Below are positions 8,279 through 15,524 of a DNA stretch of 42,652 nucleotides, one piece after another. The stretch is from a virus. Taxonomy: Duplodnaviria; Caudoviricetes. The notes under the pieces were generated by a model. That model saw only the letters and a program-made list of their open reading frames with translations, made no database searches and was not told the DNA's origin. Numbering within the stretch: the stretch's first letter is position 1; each line of letters starts with the position of its first letter. Made by a program: the position numbers and the translations under genes. Location: the IMG/VR virus record IMGVR_UViG_3300042465_002503, positions 1-42,652 of that record. One strand, 5' to 3'.

Positions 8279-9286
8279 ATGCCCCTAATCTTTGGCGGAG
8301 ACGGTAAGCGTCGTAATCCATTAACAGTAGAGGAACAGGCATTAGCCCGCGTTCTCTATGATGCTATTCGTAAATCAACTAACACAATTAAGGTTGAAGA
8401 ATTAGCACGAATCATTCAACGCCTCGACCCTGATTCTTTGAACCGCTTGCTTAATGCAATTACTGTTGCGGGAAACAGAAAACAGATTGAAGATGCGTTA
8501 ATGACATCTATTGACATAGGTGGGCAACAGGCAGTTCAACAGATTCAATCCATTGCGCCTAAATTAGCCTTACCTGCATTTATCCCCAAGCCTGTAAAGA
8601 TTACAAACAAGGCTCCTATGGCTAACATGGATTTCACAAAGATTCCTGATTGGGCAAGCCCAACGCCACCCCCAGTTACATTCTCAATGTCATTTAATAA
8701 GACAAACCCAAACTCTCTAGCCTTTGCATCTAAGAGAGCGGGGCAGTTGATTACCAGTATTGATGAATTAACCCGCATAGCAATTCGCAAGATTATTATT
8801 GATTCATTCAATGAGCAGTTGGACTATCGCGCTACCGCTCGTCGAATTAAAAACATTATTGGTTTGCATCCAAAGTGGGCAGATGCAGTAACAAAGTTTG
8901 AAAAGCGTGAGTTAGAGCGTTTGATTAAAAGCGGAATGAAAGAGGCGAAAGCCCGTCAAACATCTGCCGCCTCCGCATCTAAATATGCTGACCGCTTACG
9001 CTCTGCCCGAGCCACAATGATTGCTCGTACCGAGATTCAGATTGCACAGAATGAGGGTCGCTACGAGGGATGGAAGCAAGCCGATGAAGCGGGCTTTGTA
9101 GACCCTAGCGCTCTAAAGATGTGGGTAACAGCCCAAGATGAGCGCACCTGCCCTATCTGCGCCCCGCTTGATGGTGAGTTGGTACCTTGGAATGGCGTGT
9201 TCTCTATCGGGCTTGAGGCGCCTATTGTGCATCCTCATTGCCGTTGCACCATGGTGATAGTTCCACCTGACAGGGGAACACGATGA
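8279..9286 (+). CDS. Head morphogenesis protein, MuF / SPP1 gp7 family (short form, no C-terminal toxin)
   Basis: RA..IARTE...A.N.G, W.TA.DERTCPIC..LDG, P..HPHCRC; directly after the portal. Confidence 0.92.
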   Translation: MPLIFGGDGKRRNPLTVEEQALARVLYDAIRKSTNTIKVEELARIIQRLDPDSLNRLLNAITVAGNRKQIEDALMTSIDIGGQQAVQQIQSIAPKLALPAFIPKPVKITNKAPMANMDFTKIPDWASPTPPPVTFSMSFNKTNPNSLAFASKRAGQLITSIDELTRIAIRKIIIDSFNEQLDYRATARRIKNIIGLHPKWADAVTKFEKRELERLIKSGMKEAKARQTSAASASKYADRLRSARATMIARTEIQIAQNEGRYEGWKQADEAGFVDPSALKMWVTAQDERTCPICAPLDGELVPWNGVFSIGLEAPIVHPHCRCTMVIVPPDRGTR

Positions 9287-10152
9287 GTGTAAAAGTAATT
9301 AGATTCGCCCCTGGGCTTCGTCCAGTAATTAAACATCAAGAACACGACCAAAAGACACATGGCAACTGGGCAACATTTACTTCAGACGAACTAATTGCTG
9401 ACTGGGAAAAACCTCAAGGTCGAGTTCCATCTAGTCCTGCTAATCCCGAGGGAACAAACGCCCAAGCCCTACGCTCATGGGTAGATGGTCCATTTAGAAA
9501 CTTTTCAGGAAATTATCCAATTCAAGATGTAATTCGCCATATCCAACATGGAATTCTAGGATTGCCTTTGACTCCGTACTACGAAGTTTATTCAGATAGG
9601 CAAAGATATATCGACGAAAGAACTATCAACGCACAGACAAGAAACCTAATTGAGTCATTAGATAATGCTCCAGCAACGCAACCTACGCTGTGGCGCGGTC
9701 AAGCAATGGGAAATCAAAGACAAGGCATTTTGGAACACGGTGGAATGGGTTACGATTCACTTTTGAATCTTAAAGAAGGCGATGAGTTTGTCGCCCCAAT
9801 GTTTTCAACATCAAGAGAAAAAGACATTGCATCGATGTATGCAACCTTGGGTATAGAAAAAAACTCCCAAGTACCCGCTGTCATTTTTCGAATAGAGGCT
9901 GGGGCTAAAGGATTAAAAACATCTACCGTACCAATGGATAAAGAAGTTTTGACTGGTGGTAAATTCAAAGTTACTGGTAGAGCAGAAGCAACCATAAAAA
10001 CGGCGGTGGATTGGGCGGGTAGAACCCCAATAATGAAAGACCACCCTGTTCGTATAATTTCACTTACACAAATTGATACATTTGGCAAAGAAGATTATGT
10101 AAAAGAAAATTTCATACCTGATTCTCAATTTAGAGTGGGCAGGAACAGATGA
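9283..10152 (+). CDS. Tagged ADP-ribosyltransferase (one HDQKTHG tag plus ART domain)
   Basis: KHQEHDQKTHGNWA, then LWRG...FSTS...DKEVLTGGKFKV (R-S-E class). Confidence 0.8.
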   Translation: MSVKVIRFAPGLRPVIKHQEHDQKTHGNWATFTSDELIADWEKPQGRVPSSPANPEGTNAQALRSWVDGPFRNFSGNYPIQDVIRHIQHGILGLPLTPYYEVYSDRQRYIDERTINAQTRNLIESLDNAPATQPTLWRGQAMGNQRQGILEHGGMGYDSLLNLKEGDEFVAPMFSTSREKDIASMYATLGIEKNSQVPAVIFRIEAGAKGLKTSTVPMDKEVLTGGKFKVTGRAEATIKTAVDWAGRTPIMKDHPVRIISLTQIDTFGKEDYVKENFIPDSQFRVGRNR

Positions 10153-12641
10153 AATTCGACATGAGTTCCGTCCTAACTGGCGATTTTTTGATGGTCAATA
10201 TGACCGATAAATCTTTTGAAAAACATGAAGGTGGCGGTCACGACCAAGCAACGCACGGCTCATGGGCTAACGGCATTTCTGAATCTTCTCTAATCTCGAC
10301 TGATACACAAATTGCATTTGCTGAAGGGGCAATCAAAGCAACGGATAACATCTTGAGTCCGAGTGCCTATAAATCTCAGTTAGAAGGCAATCTTAATAGA
10401 ACATATCCAAAAACTTATTTAGAAGAAGCGGTAAATAATCCCACTTATCAGGATGCTCTTCAGACACATCTTAAAAGTATTGGATTTCCTGAGACGGTCA
10501 AGGTCTTTTCTAGTAGCGCTCAAGAAGGCGAATACTTCCATGGTTCCGTTGCGCCCCTGTGGGATTCAGGAGCAGTTGGTTATGAGAGTGCAGAATCACC
10601 AAAAGAATTTTCGGTGAATCGTTCAGACATTATTGGACTTGGAAAAGTAGCAGATAGTGGAGTTTGGTTTAGAAATGCAAAGACAGTTAAAAAACACGAA
10701 GGTGGCGGTCACGACCAAAAAACCCATGGTAACTGGGCTACGGGTGGAGAAATCTCTAACTGGAATCCAAATGACCCTGTTCCTGAATCTCCTCGCAATG
10801 CTGGGGGAATGACAACAAAGATATGGGAGAACTGGGAACACGGTCCTGACGGAAATCAATATGTAGAGTTGTATCGTCAGTACGCGGCAGAGGCACTAGG
10901 ACTTCAAGTTCCTAAAAGCGATATGGCTCCTGGGGGTTCAGAAAACTATTTAACACAGCGAGGTTTTGGTGGCTCATCAACTGAAACCGCAAAAGGTCAT
11001 GCTGTTTCGATATTAAAGGCTATTGCTAATGGTTCACCAACTCAACCAGCCCTTTATCGAGGTATTACAGAATCAAGAAATGACCCAAATTCAACAGCAC
11101 TTATGCAACAACTTTCTAACCTTAAAGCGGGCGACACAATTGATATGCCACTTGTATCAACAACTCGTTCTTTAGGAGTCGCATCATGGTATGCAGCAGA
11201 CAGAATTATTAGACCCGAATCAGGTATATCACCAATTATTATGAAGATACAGCCTGGTGCTAAAGGTGTATCAATTGCGGCGGATAAAAGTTATTACCCA
11301 TCCGACTATGAGGTAATTACAAGCGGAAAATTTGAAGTTGTTTCAATAAATCAAGTTAAGGCTCCATATTGGAAACGCGGAATTTTTGAACCTCGTAAAA
11401 CAGATTATATTGATGGTAGCGCCCCAAGTTATGAAGTGGCAACCTATTCATCTAAAAGATATACACCCAATGAGGCTAAAAGTATTTGGAATACAGTTCA
11501 GGCTGGAAAATTGCAATCTTTGGCAACACCAAATTTCAAACTTACTGATGACCGAAGCAAGAATCCAAAGCGCACGGTTTATTCAAGTTGGGACTTGCAA
11601 GCACCTGTTAATTTCACTATCGTCGAAGTTAAGATGATTGAACCCCATGTAGTTCAAAAGGCTGAGTCTAAAGATTACGGATTAACCTTTGATGCCCTCT
11701 TTAATAATGCCCCATTCATCCGTGAAGAAGATGTTGTTAAACACGAATCCCACGACCAAAAAACTCACGGCTCTTGGGCTACTGGTGGTGCAGGAGTAAA
11801 CATTACCGATGAGTTGGATACAGTATTTTTCAACGGTAAATTAAACATTGAACCTAGCAGAATCTTTCCTTCACAGCCCGACATCCCAATTCGAGCCGAG
11901 ATTGAACGCGTAGGATTAAATAAAGAAACAGTTGATTTAATCGATAAGATGTCTGAAGAGCAGATAGCAAGCGGACAAGCCTATGGCGATAACGCTCTCA
12001 AGATTATTGCCGAGCGCCAAGGTTTTGCTGATAAACCCAAAGTAGTTGAAACTTTTGAGGACTTACAAAAAGTGCAAAGAACTGAAGGTGGAATGTTGGT
12101 TTTTCGAGGGGTAACTGATTATTCGCGAGAAATCATAGAAATAAACGCTAGGCATAGCAGAGCAGAAAATGATGGCGGCGCACCCTACAAATCAATACCA
12201 CAAATTCTCAGAGAAGGTAAAGAAATAGAAGCGGCTTCAACCACTTACACGGCTGACCAAGTAATGAGGGATTTTAGAGAAGGCGAATACTTTGGTGGTT
12301 GGGGAGTTTTTGGTAATGGCACTTATACTACGGTTCGCATAGATGAGGCTCAAACCTACGCGAGCAACAGAGATTTAGATAACGGAAAAGTAGGTAATGG
12401 CAAAATTATGGCGATGCTTATTCCTAAAAATGCCAAGGCTCCAAGCAAAGAAATGGTCAAGTTAGTAGTCAAAGAGATGGTCTACGGCGGAGAACCAAAT
12501 CACCGTAATAATGTTGGCAGAAGGCTTGCCTCCATGGGTTATCAGTATTACGATGCTGGTTTCGTTCAAAATGATAAAGGTGGCGTTTTCGTAGTTCTCG
12601 ATAGGTCGATGCTTACAGTTGCAGAGAAGGGGTTGGGCTGA
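10149..12641 (+). CDS. Three-module effector polyprotein (degenerate ART-like, ART, ART-like)
   Basis: Three tags. Module 2: LYRG...VSTT...DYEVITSGKFEV. Module 3: VFRG...GVFGNGTYTT...A..YA. Confidence 0.8.
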   Translation: MKFDMSSVLTGDFLMVNMTDKSFEKHEGGGHDQATHGSWANGISESSLISTDTQIAFAEGAIKATDNILSPSAYKSQLEGNLNRTYPKTYLEEAVNNPTYQDALQTHLKSIGFPETVKVFSSSAQEGEYFHGSVAPLWDSGAVGYESAESPKEFSVNRSDIIGLGKVADSGVWFRNAKTVKKHEGGGHDQKTHGNWATGGEISNWNPNDPVPESPRNAGGMTTKIWENWEHGPDGNQYVELYRQYAAEALGLQVPKSDMAPGGSENYLTQRGFGGSSTETAKGHAVSILKAIANGSPTQPALYRGITESRNDPNSTALMQQLSNLKAGDTIDMPLVSTTRSLGVASWYAADRIIRPESGISPIIMKIQPGAKGVSIAADKSYYPSDYEVITSGKFEVVSINQVKAPYWKRGIFEPRKTDYIDGSAPSYEVATYSSKRYTPNEAKSIWNTVQAGKLQSLATPNFKLTDDRSKNPKRTVYSSWDLQAPVNFTIVEVKMIEPHVVQKAESKDYGLTFDALFNNAPFIREEDVVKHESHDQKTHGSWATGGAGVNITDELDTVFFNGKLNIEPSRIFPSQPDIPIRAEIERVGLNKETVDLIDKMSEEQIASGQAYGDNALKIIAERQGFADKPKVVETFEDLQKVQRTEGGMLVFRGVTDYSREIIEINARHSRAENDGGAPYKSIPQILREGKEIEAASTTYTADQVMRDFREGEYFGGWGVFGNGTYTTVRIDEAQTYASNRDLDNGKVGNGKIMAMLIPKNAKAPSKEMVKLVVKEMVYGGEPNHRNNVGRRLASMGYQYYDAGFVQNDKGGVFVVLDRSMLTVAEKGLG

Positions 12642-13459
12642 TGCTAACTCCAATGCAATCACAACGCTACGCCCAGTTGGTAAATAACTTTAATGAAAAA
12701 GAATTCTATGCCTATTACGCACATTTAAGCGAGGGTGGCAGAGTAGAAGATTTCTTTGAGAAGATGGAAAAGCATGGCGAGCATGACCAAAAAACACATG
12801 GCAGTTGGGCTAACGGTAGTGAGGCGCTTCCAAAAGGAATTGGATATAAAAATTCAGATGTAATTTTCCATGCTGAGTACGGTTCAACGCGAGAGCAAGC
12901 CGTTTATGTAGAAGATTACACAATGAACGCATACGGACCAGTAAATACATATCTTAGAACTGGAAAATGGCAAGAGGGTAATGAATCAGGTCTGAATAAA
13001 TCAGATGTTCAAGACTATAAAAATGCTTTAGATTTTGTAATATCCCGCACAGAAACACCAAGGGATATGCTTCTTTATAGAGGTACAACTGGAGTTGATA
13101 AGTTTGATACTCTCAAAGTAGGAGATACTTTTACGGATAAAGGATTTGTCTCCACAACAACCGAACCTAAACAATTATGGAATTTCATGTCTACTGCTCT
13201 TGGTGGCAGATATGACAGCAGACCAGTACAGAGCGGTGCTGTCCTACAAATAAATGTTCCAAAGGGCAATAATGTTTTATCTGTGAATCGTTACTTTAAG
13301 GGCGTAAGTGACAGATACGGTCCCACAGAAGGCATCCGTGAAGAGAACGAACATATACTTCCAAGAAACACAAAGTTTCGAGTAGATAGTGTTAGTTCTG
13401 TTGATGTCAGAGGCACTCAAGATAAGTTAATCAAAGTGACGGTGGTAAACGATGGCTAG
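12641..13459 (+). CDS. Tagged VIP2/Alt-like ADP-ribosyltransferase
   Basis: Tag, then Y...Y..VN.YLR, LYRG, DKGFVSTT, ENEHILPRNTKFRV (E-x-E motif). Confidence 0.88.
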   Translation: MLTPMQSQRYAQLVNNFNEKEFYAYYAHLSEGGRVEDFFEKMEKHGEHDQKTHGSWANGSEALPKGIGYKNSDVIFHAEYGSTREQAVYVEDYTMNAYGPVNTYLRTGKWQEGNESGLNKSDVQDYKNALDFVISRTETPRDMLLYRGTTGVDKFDTLKVGDTFTDKGFVSTTTEPKQLWNFMSTALGGRYDSRPVQSGAVLQINVPKGNNVLSVNRYFKGVSDRYGPTEGIREENEHILPRNTKFRVDSVSSVDVRGTQDKLIKVTVVNDG

Positions 13460-15350
13460 TAAATATGTTTACACAGACTCCAATGAGATTGAGATTACTA
13501 CTCTAGTTACCAAGCACGGCACCCATGACCAAAAGACACATGGCAATTGGGCTACTGGAGCCAGCATGGGAGAAGGCGTCGCCTCAAGCATCCTAGAGCG
13601 TGTTAGAGAGAACGGCGGACTCTCGGTGAACATGGTGGATGGCTCTGAACCTACTGGCGGGTATATGGTCGCTAAAGGCTCACAATACGGTTCAATTGCA
13701 AGTGACGCTGATTTCTATGACCCAATAAAGGGTCCAAAGATTCTTGCTGACTACATGAAAAAGAATAAGTCCGACCTTGCAACGGGGAAAAACTACCTCG
13801 GTTTATGGCATAATAAGGACGACGGACAGGTGTATCTCGACATATCTGAGAACATTCAGAATGTAGATACCGCTAGAACTCTCGGCGCTCAACGCGACCA
13901 AATCTCAATTTGGGATGTCGCTAACTTTGCTGAGATACAAACAGGAGGAACAGGTAATGTCGGAAAAGATAGAGGTAGTGAAACTGCCCGACATCTCAAA
14001 GATGACGGACGAGGAAATCGACCAGTACGCCCAGCAACTTTGGGCAAAATTGGAAAAGCCCTCAAAGTAATTCGCTTTGAGGCTGGATTAAAACCAATCC
14101 TCAAGCACGAACAACATGACCAATCTACTCACGGCAGTTGGGCGCGTGGCAATACCGAGCAAGAGGAAGCCCTCATTAACGAGATGGAAGGTCTTGGTCC
14201 TTCATTACAAGATTTAGAAAATGCTCTAACTCCTGCGGAACAGGCTGACATGTCAGATTTAGAACTTATGGTTAATAACGACTCATCCTTATATTCCCAA
14301 GCAACTGATGGGATTCGAGAGCGGGTTGATGAGGCGTTGGGTGAAGTTAAATATAATTACGAGGACCCAATTACTAATACTAAAGCAACTCAAGATTTGA
14401 AAGATAGATTATACGAAAAAATCCAAGATGAGATGATTCAAGAATTTATTGAATCGGATGACGGCACTCTTGCAGCATTGTGGCAAGAACAAAATACTGA
14501 AGAATTTAACCCCGAAGAGTTGCATCCCTTCTTTGATGATGTTTATGCCATGATTTATGATGTTAAAAATGCTCAGGGTGAAGTTGCTACCACTCTAAGT
14601 TCATCAACAAATAACATTTATCTTGATGGTGAAAGGCTTGTTGTAACTGGTGAAATTACCGATGATGCTGATAATTATGCTGGAGAGTTCCAACGCGGTT
14701 TTTACAAAAGTCAGGACAAAGAAGGCAACGAGATTTGGGCTGTCGAGCATGACTTATTCAAAATGGATGATGAATATGCGGGAGTTGGCTTTGGCTCAAA
14801 GTTTATAGCCCAGCAAGAGGCTTGGTACACCGCTGTGGGAATTGGCAGAATCGATGTCAGCACAGCATGGGATGGCGCTCGCCATTGGGCTAAAGCAGGG
14901 TTTGACTTTGACGAAAGAAATACGGGTCACAATGTAAACGAGTTGATAAAGGGAAGAGCATTTAATTCTAATGAATTTGCTGAGGGTTCAGCAAACCGCA
15001 TTGAATTTGATTCTTTAATTTCAAATATGGTTACTGGATACAACCCATCAACAAGAGAATTTGATACAACCAAAAAGATTACATCTGATAATTTTCCTAT
15101 CCCAAATGATTTCTTAATGATTGGCTACAAAGATAGAGTCCAAACAGGCACTAATCGCATTACAGGAAAACCCGTTTATTCGTGGGCTGGGGCAAGATTG
15201 CTGGACAATCTGAACATGAAGTATCAAAAGGGCTTGAGCAAGGAAGGACGCTCAATCAATCAGGGTCCAATTGACCGCGATGGCGATGGATTGGTTTATG
15301 ACGGCACGGCTCGCGAAAAGCCCGCTCCTACGGTAAACTCATCTCCATGA
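13452..15350 (+). CDS. Two-module effector polyprotein (unknown/SAM-lyase-like domain plus GNAT acetyltransferase)
   Basis: Two tags; GNAT motifs EYAGVGFGSKF and HWAKAGFDF; C-terminal DRDGDG..YDGT motif. Confidence 0.75.
   Translation: MASKYVYTDSNEIEITTLVTKHGTHDQKTHGNWATGASMGEGVASSILERVRENGGLSVNMVDGSEPTGGYMVAKGSQYGSIASDADFYDPIKGPKILADYMKKNKSDLATGKNYLGLWHNKDDGQVYLDISENIQNVDTARTLGAQRDQISIWDVANFAEIQTGGTGNVGKDRGSETARHLKDDGRGNRPVRPATLGKIGKALKVIRFEAGLKPILKHEQHDQSTHGSWARGNTEQEEALINEMEGLGPSLQDLENALTPAEQADMSDLELMVNNDSSLYSQATDGIRERVDEALGEVKYNYEDPITNTKATQDLKDRLYEKIQDEMIQEFIESDDGTLAALWQEQNTEEFNPEELHPFFDDVYAMIYDVKNAQGEVATTLSSSTNNIYLDGERLVVTGEITDDADNYAGEFQRGFYKSQDKEGNEIWAVEHDLFKMDDEYAGVGFGSKFIAQQEAWYTAVGIGRIDVSTAWDGARHWAKAGFDFDERNTGHNVNELIKGRAFNSNEFAEGSANRIEFDSLISNMVTGYNPSTREFDTTKKITSDNFPIPNDFLMIGYKDRVQTGTNRITGKPVYSWAGARLLDNLNMKYQKGLSKEGRSINQGPIDRDGDGLVYDGTAREKPAPTVNSSP
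13957..14070 (+). CDS. Overprinted 37-aa ORF nested in the linker of the 13452 gene (candidate immunity protein)
   Basis: AGGAGG RBS then ATG; MSEKIEVVKLPDISKMTDEEIDQYAQQLWAKLEKPSK*, in the +1 frame relative to the host gene. Confidence 0.55.
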   Translation: MSEKIEVVKLPDISKMTDEEIDQYAQQLWAKLEKPSK

Positions 15351-15493
15351 AGAGACAAGAAAGACTAAACGCCTTATCGAGACTCCATGCCTCCATGCCT
15401 GTTGAGATGGAAGGTCTGCCTGACGATAACGAGGTCGCTTTCTTGGATAAGGTAGTAGAGCAAAAACTAACTACGGTTCAGGAAACTAAATAA
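15347..15493 (+). CDS. Small protein (48 aa) coupled to the GNAT gene; candidate antitoxin
   Basis: ATGA overlap; MKRQERLNALSRLHASMPVEMEGLPDDNEVAFLDKVVEQKLTTVQETK. Confidence 0.55.
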   Translation: MKRQERLNALSRLHASMPVEMEGLPDDNEVAFLDKVVEQKLTTVQETK

Positions 15494-15524
15494 CAGTTGT
15501 AAATCTATCCGCTATCATTGCCAC

